Source: a virus. From it: DNA of 62,769 bases. The stretch lies in the IMG/VR virus record IMGVR_UViG_3300050128_000007, one strand, 5' to 3'. The translations under genes and the position numbers were made by a program. Within the stretch, counting starts at the first letter, position 1. Every line of letters starts with the position of its first letter. Shown here in pieces: positions 50,385 to 59,136 of this stretch. The notes below the pieces were generated by a model. The model saw only the letters and a program-made list of their open reading frames with translations, was not told where the DNA came from and searched no databases.

Positions 50385-53339
50385 TTACATCCCGATGCTG
50401 ATGTCGGCGTGTGCGCTTATGATAACGCGTGGCACCGGATCGGTCACCGTCAGACAAAAAACGAATTGCCTCCCGTTCCCCATGCGCAGCCATCGTAGCC
50501 GCGTCAGGTATTGCCCTATCTTGCCCATTGATCGCCAGAATTGAAGCGGCTCGAACGTCTGAGCACCGTCAACAGACCAACTGAGCATGATCTGCGGATT
50601 AGAACCCGCACCACTCGCCGTTCCGACACCGGCCTGAATATCAAGTTCAAAGCGCGAAACGAACAGCCGCTTTCGATCTTGATGGTATGGGATAGAATAG
50701 GCTAACCCCCTGATTGTATTGCCCAATTCGGTATATACCGTCCAGTCAAGCAGATTGACTTTCTCGTTAAAACCATCACCGAGATAGGTGTTGTTGAACG
50801 CTACAAACGCCGTGCTAGGACGCCATAGCCCGAGCGATGTATTGGTCGATGTCCACGATTCTCGCTCGTGCCAACGGTTAGTCGAGATGTCGAATATGAG
50901 CGTGCGCTGTGAGGCTGGCAATTGGAGAACCACCATCTTGTGACCCTCCAGCGTAAAAGTGAAGCAATGCGCCTCCGCAACGTTGCGGTCCTGCGCGATG
51001 ATGTGCTCCATCGCGTGCGTGCTGACCCTGATCGGCACCGTCGATTGCAAACGGTAGAAAATCTTGTCCGCACCGAGAAAGAAGATAGCACCGTCCTGCT
51101 TGATGATGGTCTGCGGCGAGACGCATCCATAGCTGATGCCGGCGCCGGTATAGCGTGCGAACGGAAAAGGGAAAGCACCGGCGTCGTACCAGAGTTCAAG
51201 GTGCGCTTGGCAAATGACAAATAGCAGTTGCAGATTTTGTATGGTCCCGGTGACGAAATCCGGCTGCGACTCGGCGGACGCAAAATCGAGCGCGTTGTAA
51301 GTCGTCCCGTCGTACAGATTCGATAGGAAAAACTCATTCGTCCCCATGCGATCAAACACGAAATAGCCGTCAAAGAACGACACCGTAGCGGCTGGGTAGA
51401 ACGCAGGATCGGTTATCTGCTGAAATCCATAAGTCGCAGATTGCGGATTGGTGTCGAGTATCCATCCAGCCTGTGCCTGCGCGCTGACGATGCAAAGCTG
51501 GAAGCCGTTGTCCGACATGCTGACGATGTCGGTGTCTCCGATATTGCTTCCTACAAGTGCAACGGTGCCAACCTGATAGTTTAATCCTCCGGCGATTGCG
51601 CCGAGCGTTGCAATCCCGGTCCCAGTGAGCGTGACGACGGAAACCGAGAATCCCGTACCTCCGCCAAGTGGCGCGGACAGCACATCGCCAACTTCATAAT
51701 TGACGCCCGCCGCCGTGACGGCAACAGCGGTTACCACGCCTGCGATGATAGTAATATTGGCTGCCGCTCCGCTCCCTATCCCTCCCGTCAGCGGAACATT
51801 GTTATAAATCCCGGTCGTCGTTTGACCGAGTTGATAAAGCGAATTGCCGGCGACGACGTAGGGAACGTCCTGCCGCACCCACGAGCCGCGGATTGGCCCG
51901 ACGGTGTTGATTGCAACGACGGGAACGGCGAAACCCGAGCCGCCACCAATGGTCGCGACGACAGCGGAGAACCCCGAACCGGTGCCGCCGAGATTGGCAT
52001 TGGAAGCCGACAGAACGTCATTAACCGCATAGCCAAAGCCGGTTGCCGTGATAGTGACGGTGGTGACGCCGGGTGTGACGGTCGCGACTGGAACCGCGAA
52101 TCCAGAACCGGCACCGCCGAGATGTGAATTTGAAGCAGAGAGTGAATCGGAGGCGGCATAGCCGGATCCGCGATTGACGATTGTTACGACAGTGACCGCG
52201 TTACCGGCGACGGTGATATTCGCCGTTGCTCCCGTTCCCGTTCCGCCGGTAAGCGGCACGTTGGTGTAGGAACCGTTGACGTAGCTCGACCCTCCGGTGA
52301 TGCTACCGAGCGTCGCAATCACGTTGGTCACGGTAATGGAGGCCGCTGCACCAGTTCCCGTTCCGCTCGTCAACGGGACGTTGGTGTAGGAACCGACCAC
52401 GTAACCGGTGCCGGGCGCGATCGTGCCGAGTGTCGCGACAGTGCCGAGTGCGGCCGACAGCGTGTCGTAGACCAGATAATTGATGCCGGGATTATTGACC
52501 GCGACAGTGCTGACCGAGCCGTTGCTGAGCGTGATGTTACCGGTCGCCCCGGAACCAGTTCCGCCGGTCAGCGGCACATTGGCAAAATAGCTTGTCGTAT
52601 CAACGTAGTCGGAACCGCCGGTGATGGCCCCGAGCGTGACTATGTTGCCGCCGCCGAGCGTGCTCACCCGTGCCGTGAAATTTACTACCGGACTGTAAGC
52701 CCCAAGGTCTGCCGATACAATATCGCCGACCTTATAGTTGACGCCTGGATTAACAATCGTGATTGAAAGTACAGAGTAGTAGAAACCGACGGGTGTACTA
52801 GCAATATTCGCCGTGGCCCCAGTCCCAGAGCCGCTCGTCAGCGGGATATTCGAAACATTGAATTGATCTCTATATGCCCCTTCGTCCGTAATCGATGCGT
52901 TGTCTATTCCCTGATTACCGATCGTCGCCACTGGAACAGAAAATCCCGATCCAGTTCCGCCGATATTCGCGCTTGACGCCGAGAGCACGTCGTAGACCAG
53001 ATAATTGATGCCGGCCGTGGTGATGACAACCGCGGTAACCGCACCGCCGCCAATCGTGATAGTCGCGATAGCGCCGCTGCCAGAGCCGCCCGTCAAGGGA
53101 ACACTACTGTACGTTCCAGAACCATAACCAGAACCAGGCGTGATCGTGCCGAGTGCAGCGATTGCACCGACGATGGTCGAAGTGTCAGCAAACGCCGACT
53201 GACCAGGAGCGCCAAATAGCGGCGTCTGCGATTTCGCGCCCTGTGGTTCTTTCTCAGAGAAGAAGTTGACGAGCCGCTGCGCGTTTAGGGGAAGGCTTCG
53301 ACTTTCAGCCGACTCCACGGCAAACAGGATGTCCGGCAT
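50385..53339 (-). CDS. P22 gp10-like tail hub ('packaged DNA stabilisation') protein expanded by repeat-domain insertions (984 aa)
   Basis: The N-terminal LVNFFSEKEP...LFGAPG, ASAESQPDF and the C-terminal SWSVDGAQTFEP...WLRMGNGRQFVF parallel my recollection of P22 gp10 (about 470 aa). Confidence 0.55.
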   Translation of the reverse strand: MPDILFAVESAESRSLPLNAQRLVNFFSEKEPQGAKSQTPLFGAPGQSAFADTSTIVGAIAALGTITPGSGYGSGTYSSVPLTGGSGSGAIATITIGGGAVTAVVITTAGINYLVYDVLSASSANIGGTGSGFSVPVATIGNQGIDNASITDEGAYRDQFNVSNIPLTSGSGTGATANIASTPVGFYYSVLSITIVNPGVNYKVGDIVSADLGAYSPVVNFTARVSTLGGGNIVTLGAITGGSDYVDTTSYFANVPLTGGTGSGATGNITLSNGSVSTVAVNNPGINYLVYDTLSAALGTVATLGTIAPGTGYVVGSYTNVPLTSGTGTGAAASITVTNVIATLGSITGGSSYVNGSYTNVPLTGGTGTGATANITVAGNAVTVVTIVNRGSGYAASDSLSASNSHLGGAGSGFAVPVATVTPGVTTVTITATGFGYAVNDVLSASNANLGGTGSGFSAVVATIGGGSGFAVPVVAINTVGPIRGSWVRQDVPYVVAGNSLYQLGQTTTGIYNNVPLTGGIGSGAAANITIIAGVVTAVAVTAAGVNYEVGDVLSAPLGGGTGFSVSVVTLTGTGIATLGAIAGGLNYQVGTVALVGSNIGDTDIVSMSDNGFQLCIVSAQAQAGWILDTNPQSATYGFQQITDPAFYPAATVSFFDGYFVFDRMGTNEFFLSNLYDGTTYNALDFASAESQPDFVTGTIQNLQLLFVICQAHLELWYDAGAFPFPFARYTGAGISYGCVSPQTIIKQDGAIFFLGADKIFYRLQSTVPIRVSTHAMEHIIAQDRNVAEAHCFTFTLEGHKMVVLQLPASQRTLIFDISTNRWHERESWTSTNTSLGLWRPSTAFVAFNNTYLGDGFNEKVNLLDWTVYTELGNTIRGLAYSIPYHQDRKRLFVSRFELDIQAGVGTASGAGSNPQIMLSWSVDGAQTFEPLQFWRSMGKIGQYLTRLRWLRMGNGRQFVFCLTVTDPVPRVIISAHADISIGM
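51540..53175 (-). repeat. About eight degenerate ~70-75-aa coding repeats inside the hub gene (approximate bounds)
   Basis: Recurrent VPLTGG(T/S)G(S/T)GA.A.IT...G.V..V.I...G.(N/G)Y...D.LSA...(L)GG(T/A)GSGF.V.VAT. Confidence 0.7.
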
Positions 53340-53342
53340 GGA

Positions 53343-54353
53343 TCACCTGTGCGCCTGGTCGAAGTCCATACCGAATAAAATAGGCTCTGGCTCGCGGTCA
53401 TAGCTCTGGATCAGGTCCAACTTCATCGTCGCCATTTGTTGAATCATTTGCCAACGCTGCGGCGGAACGTCAAACTCCGGAGCCATCTCTTGGGCAAGGT
53501 TCCACATCAAACCGTTTAGCCATTCCTGCGGGAGATCGGCGGTGTTGGCTGGCGTGGTGAGGTCCATCAGAGGCCGATACCAAGTGAAACGCGCGCCGAA
53601 GTTTGCGTTCTGCGGACTTGGCCAAGGGTAGAACACGCCGGAGACCAACTGCGGCGAATAGAAGAATTGCGTCGAGATGCCGGGGTCAAGTGGGTTCGGC
53701 AAATCCATGTATTCCTTCCGCGAAAGGACGGTCATCGGCGTCAAGTGTGGACCCATGCTTTGGCCACCTTGGTAGTAAATCTGCCGCGCCATCGGGATCT
53801 TCAACGGGCGCACGATCTTCGTCGTGTAGTCGAAAGCGTTGTTCTGAGCAGATGCGGTCTGCCCCGCCGGGATGGCTGTGGCGAGCGTAACGACGTTCCC
53901 GACTGGAACACCGCTAACGGTAGTCCAGAACGCCACGCCGCTATCGAGAACGATGCCGAAGTTGTCTCCGTTAGTAACAGCCAATCCGTTTGGCGCGACC
54001 GTGTTGGTGACCGTGACGGTGGTATCGCCCCCACTAACCGGCAACGCGACCTGCATCGGCACCCACGAATAGGCGTCGCAGCAATTGTCCGGCCCCGTGC
54101 CGCCAGTGCCCGCGCCACCTAGCAGATAGCGGTTCTGGCCGGCCTGAAAGAATAGAATCGCCTCTTCCTCGGTCCAAACGTGGATTCCGAGCGCCATCCA
54201 TTCCTTAATCATCGCGTTCCCCGCGAACAGCGCGTCATTGTACATGCCAGCTGTCGGCGTTTCATCCTCCGCTATAGCGCCGAGTTTTCGGTACATCGCA
54301 GTCAACATCGACGTTATCGAGGCATTCCATGCTGACGTTCCGGAGGTTGTCAT
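53343..54353 (-). CDS. Virion structural protein (adaptor/tail-proximal, 336 aa)
   Basis: It lies directly upstream of the hub gene. Confidence 0.5.
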   Translation of the reverse strand: MTTSGTSAWNASITSMLTAMYRKLGAIAEDETPTAGMYNDALFAGNAMIKEWMALGIHVWTEEEAILFFQAGQNRYLLGGAGTGGTGPDNCCDAYSWVPMQVALPVSGGDTTVTVTNTVAPNGLAVTNGDNFGIVLDSGVAFWTTVSGVPVGNVVTLATAIPAGQTASAQNNAFDYTTKIVRPLKIPMARQIYYQGGQSMGPHLTPMTVLSRKEYMDLPNPLDPGISTQFFYSPQLVSGVFYPWPSPQNANFGARFTWYRPLMDLTTPANTADLPQEWLNGLMWNLAQEMAPEFDVPPQRWQMIQQMATMKLDLIQSYDREPEPILFGMDFDQAHR

Positions 54354-54829
54354 GGCAATCCAGGCTCCGGAGGCGGGCTCGGCTTGTACAGAGTGATCAA
54401 ATTCCCTGACGCCATTGTGTAAGGCAGACCCGTAGCTAGCACAAGATTGAAGCCCACAGGGGCTAACACAATCGTCGTGAAGAATACCGCTCCGCCATCT
54501 TGGTCGGTCATGCAGCCTACTTTCGCGCCGTTATAAAAGCCGAAGATGGTCTGCACCGGGATCACGGTCTGTCCGATCACGGCATTCGCCGTGGTCGCCA
54601 CGCTTATCGGACCGACATAGATGTTCTGGCCGAGGGGGCGCGCGTCAGGAACCGACTGAATATCGGGAACGCCTTTAACGAGATCCTGCGGCTGGCGAGG
54701 CTCCCAGACCTTCTCGTCGACGATTAAATTATTCCACTCTTTCCGCGTGCGCTCCGCGCGCTGTGGGAATCCGGTCCGATCATCTGTCCGGTAGAACGAC
54801 CCCATTTTGAAGTGAAGTTTACGGCCCAT
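54350..54829 (-). CDS. Virion structural protein (159 aa)
   Basis: Conserved-looking FYRTDDRTGF...WEPRQPQD motif. 4-nt overlap with the next gene. Confidence 0.5.
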   Translation of the reverse strand: MGRKLHFKMGSFYRTDDRTGFPQRAERTRKEWNNLIVDEKVWEPRQPQDLVKGVPDIQSVPDARPLGQNIYVGPISVATTANAVIGQTVIPVQTIFGFYNGAKVGCMTDQDGGAVFFTTIVLAPVGFNLVLATGLPYTMASGNLITLYKPSPPPEPGLP

Positions 54830-54897
54830 TTCATTCTCAATCTTCGGATTCGTTGCCTATACCATATCGCCGCGCAACTCGCACTCATGACAGATCA

Positions 54898-57800
54898 CTA
54901 TGCCGCTACCGCCAAGCCTACTGGCGTGTTGTCGTTGCTGCCGGGATCGAGGTCGCGGTTGAGAAGATAACCACCGCAGTTCGCCCCGACGCCGTTCCAG
55001 TCGCAGATGGCGGACCATTGAGTGACTGGGCTGTTGGTGTAGAGCGTATTCGGGCTAGTGGCGGGCGTCACGTTGCTGCTCATCGGCACGCCGCTCGCAA
55101 CTGTCGAGTTTTGCGATAACTCCAGAGTGTCGCCCGGTTGCGTCCCAGTGCCGCTGGCTATGAGCGTGATGGTGGTCTGCGATCCCGCTCCGGTGCCGGG
55201 ACCAGTAACGCCTTTGCCGAATATCGTGTCGCCTACCTTGAAGACGCCTGTCACCGTTCCGCCAAGCGTCATCGTGTTTGTCGAAATCGTGCATGAACTG
55301 CAATTCCCCTCGGTAAAGTAGCCGTAGATGTCCGGGAACCAGCCGAACCAAGGAAAGTAGCTGGCGGCCAGTGTGAACAGCGCGGGATACTGACCCCCGT
55401 TGGCGGCGAACTGCCCGTAGAAGTATGTCGTCAGTGTCTTGAGCGACGGAGCCAGGTAAGCCTGCGTGCGCAGGAAGTTAGTGTAGCCCGCAACATAGCA
55501 CGTCGTGGAGGCGGTACAGCCGCTCGCACCGCCGGAGCCGGTAAAGGTCAGCGTGGCACTCGTGAGCGTTCCGAGACCCGTGCTGTTGATGTTGACCGTG
55601 CATGTACTGTTCGTGGTCGCCGTGACAGTGAGGTTAGAGTAAGACGAGGCCCAAGTACCACTACTGACAACGCTTGTTAGTCCAACCGTCTGCCCACCGA
55701 CACAACCATTCTCGGATTGGGTGCCACCGGAATTGACCCCAGCCACGGAGAGAACGGCCGAACTCGCATTCGTCGCTGCGGTGACAGGTGCGGTCTTGTC
55801 AGTCGCCTGCGCATTAAACGAATAAGTTCCCTCATACCCAAACAGCGGCGAAGCGTTCATCGGGCAGCCACCAGGGCGCGATGCCTGGCCGCATGTAGCA
55901 CCAAAACCACTCCAGCCAATGTAGGTCTGGATTCGCTCGTATATGGTGACCTGGCTGGATGTGCTGCTCAGCGCCGTAGCCGTGTACGCGGACATGAGCG
56001 TCGATTGGCTGGCGCAACCAGCCGTGCTCGCGAGCGACGGATTTGCCACGTCATAGTAGAAGCACCAAGCGTCGGCGGTCTCCTGTAGGCTGTAAGCCTC
56101 GCCCGCAACCCAATAATTATCGACGGCGAGTCGCGTCACGTAGTTGTAGGCCGGCGCCTGCGTATAGCCGGACTGTGTTGGAATGTTCGATGGGTTCTGA
56201 TTGACGTAGGCATACGAACTCATCATGAGATTGTAGTAATTTGCGAGGTCGTAAGAACTCGTGCCAGCCGAGGTCTGTACGCCAGCAACGAGTTCGTATT
56301 TGCTCAAGCCGCTGGCGACGAGTGCCTGACCTAACGTGGAAGCTACCTTGCCTTCCTCCGCCAAGTTGTTTCCACCGGGACCGCAGTAAAAAAGACCATT
56401 GGTCCAGTGCGAGTCCAGCGCCTTGTAGGCATTCGACTTGGAGGACATGTAGCAAGACGACTGCGTGAGCGTGAAGTCCATCTCGTCAGGAGTTTCCTGA
56501 ATGAACGTCATGCTCGGAAAGGTACTCTTGGCGAGACTGTAGAAGCTCGGGTAATAATCCGTCATCGGATCGACGGCGAGAGATAACGCGACGACCCACA
56601 AATTCGTGTCAGTCTCGTAGGCGAGTTGAAGTTCTGCTTCCGGTGGGACCGCGCATGACAGCCCCTTGTCACTTCCGCCGCTAAAGTGCATCGCGCTGCC
56701 GAGAATGGCGTCGTAGACGATGATGTCGTTTATGTTCCCTGCTGGCTGGCCGCCGTTAGTTATTGCTTGACCAAAACTATTGGAAATAGGTACGGAGGCA
56801 TTACTGTTGAGGCTTATCTTGCTGGTCAACGTGCCACCCACAACGGTCACTGTACCGCTGACCGTTGTGGCATTGTTCGTGACCCACGACGACCCGCTGC
56901 CGCTGATAATGTACGTGCTTGCAGGAATCCCGGTGCCAGTTATTTGCGCGCCGACATTGATCGTGCCCGTAACGCCAGACGATGTTAGGGCTGTGCTGCC
57001 GCTGCTCGCACCTGTAAAGCTCACCCCGCTTACGGGCCAGACAAAAACTATTGTTTCTTTGTCTGCAAAATTTCCCGAGCCGAATGTCACCGAATAGGTA
57101 TCGGTGCTACTGGCGTAGGTGATGGCGCTCGCTGTCAGACCTGACGGCTCTTGTTCTGCGGACCAAGAATAGAATGCGCTCGGTGTCCTGTTCGCCCATA
57201 TAGTACAGTTCGAGTTGTTCGCGTTCCCCCAGTTAAGATCGCGGATTATCTTGAAGTTCGCCTGCGCTATTCTCTGCTTCCACAGCACGCCGCCGAGCCC
57301 AGTGCTCGAACCCAGTGCAAGCGGGGCCGTCCACGATATCTCCTCGTCGTTGACGTGGACTATCTCAACGTCTTTGATCGTGTTGCCACTGGTCGTAGCG
57401 ATGATGGAAAATGCCCACGCCCCCCCCGTTGTACTTCCTTCGCCGGTAACACTCATCTCGAAGCGCCAGCCTGGATTGATGCTGCCGCTACCGACGCTCT
57501 GCGAATAGTTGAGCAGATAAGTCCCGACCCCACCTGTCCCGGTGCAGGATGGGCAGTTGGACGACCCAGACTCCCCGGTGATGATGGTTGGCGTACCAAA
57601 CAAGCCGACCAGGATCGACCCACCCGAGATAGGTTGACCGACAACCAAGCCACAGCCGGTTCCTGTTGGAGCTATGGTGACGGTGAGATAATATCCGGTA
57701 ATCGAACCTGTGAATGAAGAACACCCAGACGTAGTGCACTGAGCATTTCCGAACCCGCCCATTGATCCGGTGCAAAGCACTCCCGCATTTGTACCGCTAG

Positions 57801-58194
57801 TGTCGTAAAGAGAAACTTCACCGCTGCCGATACCGCGCGCAACGTAGTGGCCCGGCCTCTCGGCCTGCAATGGAACTGGAATGGTCGGTGAATAATCGCC
57901 GCCGTGACTGACCATCCCGGTCGAGCCGTAGAGCGGGTAACCGTTGTTATCCAGTTCTCCGACAGCGGGATGACCACTACCGTCAACATAGGTCCAGCCC
58001 GCCGCTCCCTTGAAAACGTTCACGGTCGGATTTTCGCCGCCTGCACCAATGAATTGCGGAGTGACCAGCGAGTTGGCGACGGGTGTGCTGCTTCCGCTAC
58101 CGCCGTTGCAACAAAACGCTCCAAACGTCCCGGCGGCATCAGATTTGAGCGCCCCCGCGACCAACAATAGAATTACGAAAATAGAGCGGCGCAT
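54898..58194 (-). CDS. Large exported Cys-rich protein (1098 aa), possible glycan-binding or depolymerase-like
   Basis: Signal peptide MRRSIFVILLLVAGALKSDA|A. About 24 Cys, many in close pairs (FCCNGG, AQCTTSGCSS, NCPSCTG, GNCSSCT). Confidence 0.6.
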   Translation of the reverse strand: MRRSIFVILLLVAGALKSDAAGTFGAFCCNGGSGSSTPVANSLVTPQFIGAGGENPTVNVFKGAAGWTYVDGSGHPAVGELDNNGYPLYGSTGMVSHGGDYSPTIPVPLQAERPGHYVARGIGSGEVSLYDTSGTNAGVLCTGSMGGFGNAQCTTSGCSSFTGSITGYYLTVTIAPTGTGCGLVVGQPISGGSILVGLFGTPTIITGESGSSNCPSCTGTGGVGTYLLNYSQSVGSGSINPGWRFEMSVTGEGSTTGGAWAFSIIATTSGNTIKDVEIVHVNDEEISWTAPLALGSSTGLGGVLWKQRIAQANFKIIRDLNWGNANNSNCTIWANRTPSAFYSWSAEQEPSGLTASAITYASSTDTYSVTFGSGNFADKETIVFVWPVSGVSFTGASSGSTALTSSGVTGTINVGAQITGTGIPASTYIISGSGSSWVTNNATTVSGTVTVVGGTLTSKISLNSNASVPISNSFGQAITNGGQPAGNINDIIVYDAILGSAMHFSGGSDKGLSCAVPPEAELQLAYETDTNLWVVALSLAVDPMTDYYPSFYSLAKSTFPSMTFIQETPDEMDFTLTQSSCYMSSKSNAYKALDSHWTNGLFYCGPGGNNLAEEGKVASTLGQALVASGLSKYELVAGVQTSAGTSSYDLANYYNLMMSSYAYVNQNPSNIPTQSGYTQAPAYNYVTRLAVDNYWVAGEAYSLQETADAWCFYYDVANPSLASTAGCASQSTLMSAYTATALSSTSSQVTIYERIQTYIGWSGFGATCGQASRPGGCPMNASPLFGYEGTYSFNAQATDKTAPVTAATNASSAVLSVAGVNSGGTQSENGCVGGQTVGLTSVVSSGTWASSYSNLTVTATTNSTCTVNINSTGLGTLTSATLTFTGSGGASGCTASTTCYVAGYTNFLRTQAYLAPSLKTLTTYFYGQFAANGGQYPALFTLAASYFPWFGWFPDIYGYFTEGNCSSCTISTNTMTLGGTVTGVFKVGDTIFGKGVTGPGTGAGSQTTITLIASGTGTQPGDTLELSQNSTVASGVPMSSNVTPATSPNTLYTNSPVTQWSAICDWNGVGANCGGYLLNRDLDPGSNDNTPVGLAVAA

Positions 58195-59126
58195 CAGAAA
58201 TTGTATCCGTAAGTGGCGCTCCGCTGGTTGGTGTTCAGCGCCGACTGATCGCCGGTCGAGAGCGCGCTGCCATAGTAGCCATCCTCGCAGACGTACATGG
58301 CGGTGGCGGTTGGCGCGCCAGTTGAAATCGGGGCAGTCCCCGTCGAACCGCTTCCTGGATTGACGGTTGTGGGGGCCGCACCATCAACGCTATAGGATGA
58401 CGATGCCCCGTTGAATACTAGCTCGACTGTGTTCAGTTGGTTATCTGTGACCGGAACAGTAACGTAGGTGGAGCCAGCATACATTTGCGCGCTGTTGGCT
58501 GTATTGTTGTACGTTTGGAACAATGGCCCGCTGCCGGAATAAAAGTTTTCTATATCAGCGAAAGAAACTGTACTCGTGCGATCCATAACAACGGAAATTG
58601 AGAATGTGCTGAAATTAGTACCGTTACCCGATGAATCACTAAGGCCGCTAGCATATTTTGAGCATGGCAATCCGTTGAAGTATGACAGCGCCAGCAGTGG
58701 CATATTTGCCAATGTAGCCTGCACCTTCGGATTGCTACCTACTTGGTCGTATCTTTTCGTAATACTACACCCAGGGGCACAATAAGATGCAGCACTCGAA
58801 ACCGGGGCGCTATTCGGACAGACGATTGCCGACATATTCGCAGCACCGTTTGTCCCCGCATTGATCGTGCAGGTTCCTGTGCCTGTCGAGGTTAGGACAA
58901 CATCGCAGAGCGGGTTCTGTGCTGCGGCATAAGACGAGCTGACGGCGCGCGAGCAACTCCACCAACTGACAGGCTGGGCCGTGGTGACGTTATTGGGGCC
59001 GGTGTAGCCGCCTCTACCAGACGCAACGAGCGGCAACCATCCCGCCGCACGCGTCGGCGCTTGCGCTAGGCAGAACAGCCCGGCGCAGAATATGACGACA
59101 GAGAGGAACGGGGCTAGGCGTCTCAT
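58194..59126 (-). CDS. Exported Cys-rich protein with a jelly-roll (LamG/ConA-like) C-terminal half (310 aa)
   Basis: Signal peptide MRRLAPFLSVVIFCAGLFCLAQA|P. Eight Cys in the mature part. Confidence 0.55.
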   Translation of the reverse strand: MRRLAPFLSVVIFCAGLFCLAQAPTRAAGWLPLVASGRGGYTGPNNVTTAQPVSWWSCSRAVSSSYAAAQNPLCDVVLTSTGTGTCTINAGTNGAANMSAIVCPNSAPVSSAASYCAPGCSITKRYDQVGSNPKVQATLANMPLLALSYFNGLPCSKYASGLSDSSGNGTNFSTFSISVVMDRTSTVSFADIENFYSGSGPLFQTYNNTANSAQMYAGSTYVTVPVTDNQLNTVELVFNGASSSYSVDGAAPTTVNPGSGSTGTAPISTGAPTATAMYVCEDGYYGSALSTGDQSALNTNQRSATYGYNF

Positions 59127-59136
59127 GGGAGGACCG

